From Azolla caroliniana (Eukaryota; Plantae; Polypodiophyta): 64,000 nt of DNA. The translations under genes were made by a program, and so were the position numbers. How positions within the stretch are numbered: the first letter of the stretch is position 1; every line of letters starts with the position of its first letter. Shown in pieces: positions 13,696 to 26,295 of this stretch. The notes beneath the pieces were generated by a model. The model did no database searches. It saw nothing but the letters and a program-made list of their open reading frames with translations, and was not told the DNA's origin. The stretch is from assembly GCA_043228905.1 (NCBI GenBank), contig JBHGNT010000015.1, forward strand, positions 1,674,001-1,738,000, in the 5' to 3' direction.

Positions 13696-16222
13696 TCTCG
13701 GAAATGTATCCTATCCCCCATTTTGACACCATAAATAATACACTTGTATGTAGCCTTTGGTGGTATATCAAAGCTGAGAAAAATCAAAGGTACGCATAGT
13801 GTCGTGATGTCTAATCCCTTGTGGGTATTGGGATCACCAAAGCTCTCATTCAGCTTGATTGTTGCAATGAGTTCCAACAATCAATTGGGTTTCTTCTTTG
13901 GGGTCATGGTGAATCATCATCTTGACATGACAGCAATGAGATAAGTAGACTCGATTCTTTCTTTGTTGGTTGATGGGAGATGAAACCAAGATGATACAAA
14001 CGAAGAAGCATTATGAATCCTTGATGTATGGGTCATATGGGAGATCCAAATATTGAACATAAAAAAAGAGCATGGTATTTCTGATTCGCCATCGTTGGCA
14101 AACCAATATGTAACATAATAGGGTTCTTCAAAGAAGCCCAATGCAACAATGCAAACACCATTTCCATCTAACCTCAAATGGGGTTTTTAAGAGAAAGGAA
14201 CCAATTTTATTTATTATTGGTTCGTGTAAGTTTTATGCAAATTTGTCTACTCGATTCGCAATAAACAAAGCATTAGTTTCTCATGGTTTTTCATGCCCAT
14301 CGCCTATTGTTTCTTTGCTTGTTTTTAAAATTTGCAATTTGGGTCATTAACATCCATATATTCGGGTATTTGTATGAAGAGAGTCTTAGATGTGCACATG
14401 GATCAAGATTTGTACGGTACCTTTCGGAAAAACTATTAACTAGATGTGATCTATGTGTCACTCTGACATAGATCTATTGTGTGCCTCGCTTCATGACAAT
14501 GGATTTTCTCTTATGGGATATAGTAGACCATGCATGTCAAAATATTGTATCACACGAGTACCATGGTACTACCACCCTTGACTCTAAACATGCATGGTTT
14601 AATGTTTCATGCCTCTTAGCTCTTTGGATGAAGTATGTATATAATATGGAGTGAGACCTCTTTGGATGAATTATACCATTGTCGCGAAACAATATCCCAA
14701 GGTTACACAAGTTCCTAATATTATTCCATTGCAACCAACACAAACTTACTCCCATATTATGAGAAGACTTACCTTACGGTACAAAAAGTATATCAGAGTT
14801 AGTAGGTTATCTATCAATAGATAGGTTGGAGAGTCCCCATATGCATTTTGTTTTTATCACAGAAATTATTTGGATTGTCATTTTACATACAGATAGTTTG
14901 CATGTTGCACATGAGCAAATTTGGTTTCTTACATTAACCTAGGAAATTCAAGTTAGATGACATTGAATGTGATTTTTTTTACATTTTTCTTTGTCAACAA
15001 CGCTTTAAGACCATGGCAATGTGGCTCTACTTTATTTCCTTAGGTTGATTTATACATTTTCACATGAGTTTAACATTGAGGATCTACCAAGTCTACATGA
15101 ACCATTAATGACAAAGTCAAGTAGTTATTGCACTAAGGTAACGTAACCTAGTGTACAATACATTTCAATGTGAACATGGAAGAACATAACACATTTGGAA
15201 TGCACACAGGCACATCATAACAAAGTGGGAGCCCACACATATTTAGCTTAGTTGGTATTAGGTAAGGTTATCCAACAAAGACCATCATGTGATTCCTTCA
15301 CTTGTGTCTAGTACATTAATGAGATTTCAATTAACCACGTAAAACATAATTAATTATCACACAATTAACCTTTATGTCACGATCTAGAGATGAATGATGT
15401 TCAAACCCAAAAATCTACTTCTACCATAGCATGTTATGGCATTGAGTAAGTATTTTAAATTCAATTCCATCATTATTGCACTCCACCAATTAAGTGGATT
15501 CTATCTACTGAATAATTTTCTTTGAAGTTTTTAATGGGCCCACTCGCGATCCCCACATCTACTTTTGGCCTTTAATACTCGTTGCTTGGCTTTTCCTGAT
15601 ATGTTCTAGCATTCATGGAAATAATATTGCAAGATATTTAGGAAGACAAATTTGAATGGTATTTTCAAGAGCAAATATATGCACAGGCATGTGTTGGAAA
15701 ACAAGATTGACATGCTATTGAAGAATTGGATATAGATCTATGGGATGATGTCCTTGTACTAGGATAATGATATCGTAACAATTGAAGAAACAAACACTAA
15801 GATAGTTGAAAAAGAGCATCCTCTATGTTATGTTGCAGCCAACTGAAAGCTCGTGATCGGGCTTACATGGGTGCAATAGTTTTGTTGTTCCTTGGACACA
15901 CTATTGTTGAGCTTCAATTTGTCAAATATTAAACAAGGTCATCCAAGGAAATGCATTCAAATTAGTTTGGATCCATCAAAATTAGGGTGGTTTGGAAAAA
16001 AGCCTTGTTGAGCACAAATCATGATTGCACTATTCAATCCAAGATATGCATAAATGCCTCGCAACTATGAGATATTTTGGAATAAAAGTCTTCTCAATAT
16101 GCAAATACATAATTCAATATGTATACATATTTAATAGTAAAGATGTTAGACAAGGAAGATTTCGGAAATCGGGGAGATGTAAGGTAGTGTGAGTGAGGCA
16201 GATTTTATTCTAATCCACTGAG

Positions 16223-16667
16223 TAGCAATGGGCACGATTTCGGCTCAAAGCGAACTGAAGTGTTAAGCCATGGCTTAACGGTTTATTGGCTCAAAGATAA
16301 ATAAACCGTTTGGTTTGGTTTCAAATATTACGATCCGGTTTGGTTTCGGTTTGATTTGGTTTTGAATTTCACGGTTTAGCGGTTTCGGTTTGGTTTGGTT
16401 TTGAATTTTCACGGTTTAGCGGTTTTAGCTTATGTGGTTTGGTTTAAAGGTTTAAAAGTTTTGAAGGTTTAAAGGTTTATCGATTTATAAATTTGGTTTG
16501 GTTTTGATTTATGATAAACCGATTTGGTTTGGTTATAAATTTTTCATAAACGGTTTGGTTTAAATGGCTTCATAAAATTAAAAATGTTTGATTTGGTTTT
16601 TAATATAAATAAATGGTTTGGTTTGGTTTGGTTTCAAGGCCAGGAAACCGAACCGTGCCCATTGCTA
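16223..16667. mobile_element. hAT-superfamily MITE, same family as 8542-8971
   Basis: TIRs TAGCAATGGGCACG...CGTGCCCATTGCTA. TSD CCACTGAG / CCGCTGAG (7/8). Body aligns by eye to the 8542 copy. Confidence 0.9.
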
Positions 16668-16721
16668 CCGCTGAGGTCCAATATGATAACATGTGAGACA
16701 AAAATTGAACTGGTCAAATTG

Positions 16722-17345
16722 TTAACAAGTGTATTGTATGCTCAAGCCAAATAGAGTACTATTTAGCATTTTGATCCAATGTTTGAACTCAAATTGTGAG
16801 GTTTCAAACATATGTGAGTAGTCGATGACTAGTTTCGTGGCTTGAGGACCAAAGGGGATATATTTCACATAGTTAACATGTGTTATGCGGTTTGCTCAAT
16901 CCAACAAGCCAAACACTAGAGTACTATCAACATATTGATTCAATGTTTGAACTCACTAGTGCGAGGTTTTTAACATAGTCCATGGGTAGACTATGGATAG
17001 TTGACGACGAGTCTCATGGCTTGGGAACCAAAGCAAGAACATGTTTCATGTAATTAACAAGTGTTATGTGGCATATTGAATTCGTCAAATAAAATAGGGC
17101 ACTATTTATTTAGCACACCGATCCAACGTTCAAGCTCAATGCTCCGGCCCAAACTTTGTTCAGGGGCAAAACATGGATAGCTAATGACGAGTCTTGTAGC
17201 TTGGGGGAACCAAAGGGGGAACATGTTTCACGTAGTTAACAGGTGTTCAGTGAATCTGACAAGGCAAACGCTAGAGAACCAATAGCCTTCTGATCCAATG
17301 TTCAGACTCAAAACTAGATCCATGAACAGGGCAGAATCTGGATAG
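16722..17345. repeat. Degenerate ~150-180 bp tandem repeat, 3-4 units
   Basis: Recurring TTAACAxGTGT, GATCCAATGTT and GACGAGTCT..GGCTTG..ACCAAAG..CATGTTTCA blocks starting near 16722, 16874, 17054 and 17236. Confidence 0.7.
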
Positions 17346-17834
17346 CCAATGAAAAGGCAGAATCTGGTTCTTGCAACTCATGTCAAGTGGCAACTACAAT
17401 ACTTGGGGTTTCCCGTTTCGGGTAGTCTAGGGTTTCTTGATTCAAGCAATGTAGTGATCCTAGATAGGGATTGGCAACGGCTTGGGTCAAGCCTAAACCA
17501 AACCGTTAAATTGTTTTTAAACAGTTTGGCGGTTCGGTTCGATTCGATTTTAGGCTTGAGCTTCCTTAACTCACTTTGGGAAGGGTCAAGCCGAACCGAA
17601 CCGAGTTTGGCCAAAACTGTTACCAAGCCAGTTAAGGGTTAATCGGCTTGGCTAAACCGGTGTAGGCTAAAAACCAAGCACGCTCCTAAACCGGTTTGGT
17701 TTGGACAAGGCTAAACCGATTAAACTGAAATACTCGTTCTTCTTCTTCTCCTTCTTCTCCTTCTTCTTCTTCTTCTTATCCGATCACTTCTCTTCTTTGA
17801 GTGAACAGAACAGATTTTACTCTGCTGTGGAGCT

Positions 17835-20061
17835 ATGGCTATGGCAGCTTCTGCTTCCATCACTGTAGCTCCAGCTGCTGCTGCCTCCTCCTCCTCCTCC
17901 TCTTCTTCTTCCGCTTCGATCCTTTCTCGAAGATTTAACCACTCCCCCCTCCATCCTCAGACCTTCCTCCTCTCTCGCTCTTCTTCTTCTTCTTCTTCTT
18001 CTTCTTCTTCTTCTTCTTTCCTTCTCCCATCTCTCCCCCTCTCCTCCCACCGATACCCAAACCCCAAATTCCTTCTATGCAAAGCTCAGGAAGATGAGGT
18101 CGATGCTTCCTCCGCTGCAGAAGCTTCCTCCGATTCCATCGTATCTCAGGTCGCCCTGCTAGAAGAAGAGCCCGACACTCCTGGCGTCGCCCCCAAGACT
18201 AATGGAAGCGCTGTAGCCGCATCGACGCCCAAGAAGCTTTCTGCTCTGCAGAGAGGAGGTACTCTGACAGGAGAAAAAGCTGCTGGTCTCGACCCTAGTC
18301 CTGCTGCCCTTGGTAGGTCCAACAGGATTTCTTCCGTCTCTGGCTCCTTCTCTGATTCGAGATGGAAGAATGGCACCTGGGACCTTAAACAGTTCGCTTC
18401 AGGAGGAAAGGTCGACTGGGATGCTGTAATCGATGCTGGTTTGGCTTCCTTCCTCTCGTATCTGCAATCTTTTCTTTAGGGTTTTCTGATGGTTTTAGTG
18501 TATTTCCACTTGTTTAGGAGGGTTTAGCGATGAAATTATGTGGACATGAATGATTTTATGTGTTTGTTTCTGTGATGCCTATGGAGGAAATGGTTAATGA
18601 TGGGTGCACCATCTTGGTATGCATCTTTCTGGTACCATGCATTTGGTGCAGCAATGGTGTTGTTTCTTATACCATACCATGCATCACCCATGGACGATGT
18701 TGATGTGTCTGGGGTATAGTAACATGTGTTCATGTATGGTTTTGATGCATCAGTTTGCTTATATCATGTGGACATGTATGATGATAACAGTGATATCTGT
18801 TTCTTAAACCATAAGGCCATGCATAATGCAGATATGCATGGTTCTGATACCATTTGTGTGCTTGGGTCGTCTTGTTTCTCATATCATGCGGTCATGGATT
18901 ATGTCAATTATGCATGATTGCAACATGTCCTGTTCTGTTACCACTTACACACGGATGATATGCCTTGTCCATACTCCATGTGGACATGGATCATCAGTTA
19001 TCTTTATTGATGACATGCAATTTTTTCTTTGTGCAATGGCAGAGGTGATCCGAAGGAAGTGGCTCGAAGAAAGTCCCGAAGCGTCCAAGAATGATGACCC
19101 CGTTGTGTTCGACACTTCCATCATTCCATGGTGGGCATGGGTGAAGAGGTTCCACTTACCCGAAGCAGAACTCTTGAATGGTATGCTATCATGTATCATT
19201 TCAGTCAAGGGAAATATATCCATTATGCTTTGAGCATCCAAATATCTTTATGCTTTCCAACTAATCATGCTTTATTTTATGATTAACCTCACCTTATGTT
19301 TATGCATCCTCATTTATGTTTCATGTCGAACGTTGCTTCTGATTTATGAGTAATTTCGCTTATTTTCCACAGCAAACTTCCATTATGGTTTACCAGTAAC
19401 CTTGCTTATAGTTTACCCCCACCCTTGCTTATGGTTTACCACTGACTTCATTTATGCTTTACAAGCGACTATGTTTAAAGCACTGATATCACTTTTGTTT
19501 TTTCACTGGTCTGATGGTGTTTTACGACTGGCATCTCGTTCTGTTTTATGAATGACCTTAGCTTTGTGTATTACTGCTGACCCCACTCTCTGTATGCTTC
19601 GCCACAAACAACACATACTACTTGATAACAAACCGCACTTTATATTTTACTACCCACCTCGCTCGCATTATGATTGATTACAAACCTCACTTTATGTTTG
19701 ATAACAATCTTCACTTTAGGTTTTACTACTGACTTTTCTTATGGTTATGTTCTACCCTTAACCTCACTTTCTGTCTGATGACCAAACCTTCCTTATGTTT
19801 ATGGTAGGCCGTGCTGCGATGATAGGCTATGTTATGGGTTATTTTGTGGATGCACTTACCGGAGCTGGATTGGTGGATCAGACAAGTAACTTTTTTGGAA
19901 AGCTCCTTTTGCTCATCTCGGTTCTAGGAGTGCTTTTTATTCGCAAGAATGAAGATTTGGAAACATTGAAACAATTGGCCAAGGAATGGACTTTCTATGA
20001 CAAGCAGTGGCAAGCTTCTTGGCAAGAGGAGAAGGCACCTGGTTCCCAGAGTGAACAGTAG
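17835..20061 (+). CDS. LIL3: Light-harvesting complex-like protein 3 (LIL3), chloroplastic, 331 aa
   Basis: Exons 17835-18438, 19043-19180 and 19808-20061 (GT-AG, frame conserved). Ser-rich transit peptide, [63 protein letters not shown] (LHC motif), [11 protein letters not shown]. Confidence 0.96.
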
Positions 20062-20220
20062 AGACCTTTATTTGTTTCTTTTGCCTATTAATGCTGGTAG
20101 GAAGATCCAATATTCTCATTTTTATTTATTTAGGAATGGCTTATATTCTTGAGTGAGCATTTAAAAGATTCAAGGGTATTTGCAACTATGTTTTGTGCAG
20201 CCTTTGTTAGCGCTTGCTCT

Positions 20221-20532
20221 TGTAACAATTTTTCATGCTTCAGAAGCTGTTCGAGTATTGCTAGTACCTTATGACAAGGTTTTAAGTTAAAATCTTCTTT
20301 AGGAGATGAGCACAATAATCATGCATTATTATCAATATTTCACTTAATGTCCTTTTTTCTGATGAAGCAATTTGTAGTGTAACAATTTTTCATGCTTCAG
20401 AAGCTGTTCGAGTATTGCTAGTACCTTATGACAAGGTTTTAAGTTAAAATCTTCTTTAGGAGATGAGCACAATAATCATGCATTATTATCAATATTTCAC
20501 TTAATGTCCTTTTTTCTGATGAAGCAATTTGT

Positions 20533-20534
<2 letters not shown>
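20221..20534. repeat. 157-bp apparently perfect tandem duplication downstream of LIL3, followed by (AG)n at ~20537-20589
   Basis: 20221-20377 is repeated at 20378-20534. Confidence 0.92.
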
Positions 20535-20592
<58 letters not shown>

Positions 20593-22217
20593 ATGAGATG
20601 GGGTCTGGCCCATGGGAAGGATTGAACCTGGGTTCTCTCAATTTTTATGACTTTGATTCTGCTGCATAAACCACCAAACTGATGGCCAGAGAGGGAGGTT
20701 ATAAATATGGGTTTCATAGTTCCCTAAGGCGCCATGATAGTAATCTTAATGTGTGAGGTGGCCATGACTGGTAATGATTCTTGAGATTGGTCTACAGCCA
20801 TGAAGTTCATAATATGCACTACTCTGCATGTGATGAGAAATAGAGAGGAATAGTTTAGATCTATGAAGTGCACTTAACTGTTGAGGTCAACCCAATAAAA
20901 GCTCTAGGTTTCTTAAAGATCCACAATAATGATCTTAAACCATGAGGTGGCTGTACAACTGGTAATGACTCTTGAGATGGTTCTGCAAGCATCAAGTGCC
21001 TAGTGACTATCCACTAGATTCTACATTGGCATCTGGTAATATTGGAAACAATATGTCATGGTGCAGTAAAGAGGTGTGAAAGTCAAGCCTTAATCCCAAG
21101 GTTTAATAGCTTACCACTAGGGTAAAATCTAATTACAACAAAACTGAAGAGGGAGAACTTGGAACCTTTTATCACTTTAGGTCTATTGTTTAGGTTAAAC
21201 CTTTTTCCTTGAATATCGACATAGTATGTTCACTTTATGTAATGGTATTTAGATATATAGCTACAATTTTCAATATTCTTGTCCAATGTGAACGAGTTAG
21301 ATCTTCAGGAGTTTATCAATTGGTTTAGCGAGTTCCCAGGAGCTGGATCCACCCGTGCTACTACATGAATGAAAATAAATATGTAGGGAATACATGTAAA
21401 TACTAGGAGGAAAGATTCCAGATAGAATTTTATTTTTCTTGTTGAGGTCACCCAACATACATTGCATCGGCCTCATTTATCTACATTGAATATGAGCAAC
21501 CCTACTGATTGAAAATATAGATTGTCCATCAAGTAGGATCAATGTATCTTTGTCTATTTTTGTGTTTGTCATCCTTTTTTTACTAGACATTTTTACATTA
21601 AATGCTCTCTAGAAGGTTTGCAATTAGAATCTCTTGGAGAGTGTTTATGCCCCGTCTGTTTTCAAACATCTCCCTTACATTTCAATCTCAGCCATGATGA
21701 GCAACTAGCACTGAAAGAAACAAAATGCCGATACCAAGACAAAACCCAAAGTTATTGAAGCCAATTATAGGCCTATACCATGACCACTTGGATGAGAACT
21801 CAAAATACTTCAAATGTGCACATTCCAATGTTCGCATGATTATCGTAGAGAACATCTTCACATCACATCACTTTCATGGACAAACATTGTAACAATGTAT
21901 GTTTAAACTTTATATTGCACATAACAAAAGAGTTGCAGTAGTAGCTTGCGATATCCACTTAAGGGCTCGAAACATTGTGGATATAAACTAACAAGAATTC
22001 CCTACCTTAAACAAAACGACCTACAAAATGTCTCTTTTAACACTACAGCAGTATGTACTTTTTGTGGTGGTGTTATCATTAAGATATTCCAACATAGCAT
22101 TTATTACATGGAGAATTCTTCGTGCCACAGCTATATGCAACTTCTGGAACTTGATCCATTGTATCTCCATTAATTGTCTTTACCATTAATCATCTTCCAT
22201 CTCCAATTCTATCCATT

Positions 22218-24750
22218 TCAGTGAACCAAGGTGTCGAGATGTTGTCGGTATCGAGCAAGGTTCTACAAGAATGTTGCAACAAATTGATCAATCATTCATG
22301 TAAATAAACTCAAAACCACACCTTCATTAGAGAGAGAAGAGAACATGAGAAAGTACTTACACTTGTGAAGGCATAAACACTCACTGTCTTGGGACAAGTG
22401 GGGCTTCCTCTTCTTAAGATCTTTCCACCTTTGGCAATATAGAGCATGGGAATGCCGGTGGATAATTCCAAGTCAATAACCTGTTCCAAATCCCGCATGG
22501 TTAAAAATTTCAATTGTTGTACACACAAGCTCTTCAAATATCCCATTGATTAGATTAGCCATAACCAACATGTAAAACTCCTCTCTAGTTTTATGTGGAT
22601 AGACAGTGAAATTTGACTGTCCAAAACCTTTATTACATCTTCTTGATGTATGTCTAAGTGATGTTACATGTCTAAATCCTCTCCTAAATCTTGAGTTATG
22701 CCTTTAGCGAAAAGCCAATATCTTTCTGTAAAAAGGTATGTATGTCTACTTCATAGCCTACTCCTGGAATGCAACAATAATAGGCTTTACCTCTTGCGAC
22801 GTGAGTGCATCAAGGTACATGATAATTGAACGCAACGAGTTTCCATGAGCAGCTATCATTATGTTTTTCCCGGCCTGAAGTTTTGGTTCAATCTGTATTA
22901 AAGACATTTTGAAGACACTATTAGTGGACCATGGGGATTGACAAGCCATGAGAAGTAAGTAGTATCACATTAAGTTTACCTCCTCTTTAAAGTAGGCGAC
23001 TGCCCTCTCGGCACACATGGCAAGACTTTCGCCATTGGGGGGAGGGATATCATAACTGCGACGCCATTCATGAACTTTCTGTTTCCCATACTTCTCAGCG
23101 GTTTCCTGTTTATTCAACCCTTGAAGCTCACCATACCTAAACAAGACACAGCAGCATTGGATTATATACATTATATTGTACATATTGCACACCTACGCAC
23201 AATCATGCTTCTTAATGACCACATTCAGGTATTGAAACTTACATGCGCTCATTGAGTTGCCAGGCAGTCATGACAGGGATAACCTCGTCTTCTGTATTAT
23301 CACTGAAGATCTTACTCCATGCAATAGCCCTTTCATCCTCATTGTGCACAACAACAGGAACCTGGGGTGGAAATTGATTAAGACCCCAAAAAACACAAAT
23401 ATGTGACAAACGCATGAAGATACAGAAATGTAAATTCACATACAACACATGCCTGCATATATATTAACATGCAAGGTATACAGACATAAAAATATACATG
23501 CAGCACATGCCCACATATATTAAGATGCAAGGGATAAGACATACAAATATACATGCATGCATTATTACATTTAGAACACATACTGACATATTATAACATG
23601 AAAGTGGATATTGATGCATGAACATGAAAACAATGATCAATATGCATGCATATATAGAGCCCTTAAAAACACATGCAAAGAAATACTAAGATGCAAGTGG
23701 ATATATATTCATAGCATGCTATCTCTAACCTTTTGCTTCCTGTGTTGGGTCATTGCAAGCATAGCAGTCATCTGAGCTCTGATGAGATCAGATGTATATA
23801 TCAGATCAATCGGGATGTTGCTAATTCTTCGGCCTGCTTCAATTGCTTCTTCCACACCCGTTTGTGAAAGAGGAACATCGACGCAACCAGTAAAAAGGTT
23901 CTTCTGGTTCCATAGAGATTCACCGTGACGAATCAATATCAATGCAGCCTCAGCTGTTGCAAAAAAAAGCAGTTACTCCTCAGTATAATATGTACCTCAT
24001 GTGTGTTACTTACACACAGTTGTAAGCATGGTTCTCCTACTCTTAACAGATTTAACTGAGGTTTTAAGCTGTTGCGGTTCATGGTTCTATGACTTTTCAC
24101 AAACGTTAATTTAGGTTTGAGGCAGTTGGTCACATATATTCTTCTCCTTCTAACAAATTAACTAGGTCGTCGAACAGTTGAATTGTTGCAAATCAGACTT
24201 CAGATTTAAGACAAAAAATCAAGGAAAAACAAGTCTTAACACATTTAACGTAGGTTTAACATATAATTCTCCAATTCAACCTAACAAAATTTAACTTAGA
24301 CAGTAGGCATGCAATTAAATTTATCACCCTTATATGTGGATGTGGATAGCTTAGCATGATCACGTGACAGAGGAATGGATAGGAAATACAGACGAAATTC
24401 TGTAACTATCCAGCAATTTTAACAAGATTATGGAGATAATTTCTGCTGCTTCTAAACATGTTGACTTCAGATTTTAACTACTTACATGTGGATTTGGATG
24501 CCTTTGCATGATCATCTAGAAGAGGGGCCGGATGGGAAGCTGATACTGACAAGACCACAGCGGAGTGAGGCTTGTGAGACCATGATATTTTGCAGTTGAA
24601 ACTAGCTTGTTGAGTGAAGTGAGATTTAGATCCAAATTTGACTAATTGGCTGTCAAATTTAGCCTCTTTGTGTTTACTCATGATTATCTGAGGGTTCTGA
24701 GAAGATAAGCTGCTGGAGATAGGGGTTGCTTTCATCACAGTAGTGGCCAT
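22218..24750 (-). CDS. gpmA: 2,3-bisphosphoglycerate-dependent phosphoglycerate mutase (histidine phosphatase family), probable plastid transit peptide, 343 aa
   Basis: Seven exons: 24750-24486, 23953-23730, 23361-23243, 23136-22980, 22892-22791, 22480-22361, 22262-22218. All GT-AG, total 1032 nt. Motifs [63 protein letters not shown]. Confidence 0.95.
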
Positions 24751-25078
24751 CTCAGATAAAGCTGGTTAATGAATTAAGAAGGTTTGAGTAAAGATCAAAT
24801 CCAAGCAGATCCCTAAATGCATTACACATACGCATACATATCAAAGGATGATCTGATCAGAGCAAATATGACAGATCTATCTCTGCATATGTATATGTAT
24901 GTGTATATACAAAAAGGGTAAAGATCTCCAACATCAGAAGTTCAAAAAATTAAAAAACAGACATAGATAGAAATGTAGCAGAGGTAGAAGTACCTGAAAG
25001 AAGGGGAGGAGAAATGGATGAATGGGAGGGAGAATCAAAGTGTTAATGCTTTTGAGCCCTCTGTTTATTATCTCTTTG

Positions 25079-25115
<37 letters not shown>

Positions 25116-25639
25116 CACAGTGTATGATTGTGTGTGCAGGGAGAAGCTTTGTGATTTTGAAATAGAGAAGAGAACAGAGCATAAAACAGAGTATATGGAG
25201 AGAGAAGAAGAGGGGAAAGGGGCCTTCTAAAATAGGGTTTGGGGGGGGAGACTGAGCCTTCTGCTGAGAGGAGTCTGTCTACACACAGATGGCTACAGAG
25301 AGAGATCTGTGTCTGAACAGTCAATAAAAAGGAGCAAAAGCAAATTGAATTAAACACACACAAAAAAGAAGAGAAAGAAAGAAAATGCAGGAATGGAAAT
25401 GGTGGCCCTGCCCCTGCTCTGTTTCTTCTTCTTCTTTTTCACTTTTCCTTTTTCTCTTTCTCTTTTTCTCTTCTTCTCTGTTTGGGGTTGTGCTTCTTCA
25501 TAGGAGAAGAAGAAGGAGAAGGAGACACGTGGCAAATCAGTGCAGAGGAGGCAAACCCGTACGCATGCATGGTCTTGTTTACCGGTCGACGCCCGCCCAA
25601 CCTCTCTTTGGCCGCCCGCCCGATTGTGGTCCCTGCTAC

Positions 25640-26295
25640 GAAGAGAATCTGCTCTCTGGGCTTGCCCCCATAACAAACATACTGAACCAGAGCAAGAGAA
25701 TCTACGCATCTACGCATAACACGAATGTAGAACCAAAGCAAGAGGATCTACTCTGGGGCATGCCTCACATAACACGAATGAAGAACCAGAGCAAGAGAAT
25801 CTACCCTAGGCTTGCCCGCATAACATGAATGCAGAACCAAAGCACTTTTGCAAGATTGTCTGTTTCAACACTCCTCGATTGATTGGTTCGCCCTAGAGCG
25901 AGACTTGTGTCCCCAGAGTCTGATAACCACTCGGGGCCTACCTGCATAACTCAAATGTTGAACCAAACTGCTTTGCAAGACAACCCAGTGAAACACTTCT
26001 CGGTTGATTGGTTCGCCCCAGAGTGAGTCTTGTGTCCTAGAGTCTAGTAACTACTCTAGGCTTGCTTGCATAACACGAATGCAAAACCCAAGCGCTTTGC
26101 AAGACATCTCTTTTAAGCACTTCTTGATTGATCGGGTTGCCCTAGAACGAATCTTGTGTCGCCAAAGTCCGGTATCTGGGCCTGCATGCATAACACAAAT
26201 GCAAAACCAAAGCACTTTGCAAGACAACCCGTTTAGACATGTCTTAATTGATTGGTTCATTGTAGAGTGAGTCTTGTGTTGGTAGAGTCTGGTCA
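25640..26295. repeat. Degenerate tandem repeat array (~50-bp units, then ~122-bp units) built on GCATAACACGAATGCAGAACCAAAGCA
   Basis: Motif recurs near 25668, 25714, 25768, 25818, 25944, 26068 and 26188. Probably a TE subterminal or LTR region. Confidence 0.75.

Noticed and set aside
11991-13771. Antisense ORFs within the PPR gene (likewise 30098-31401)
   Set aside because: Shadow ORFs of long coding sequences.
15500-15950. Possible hAT dimerization-domain remnant (similar hints near 28000-28300 and 39700-40100)
   Set aside because: Too degenerate to call by eye.
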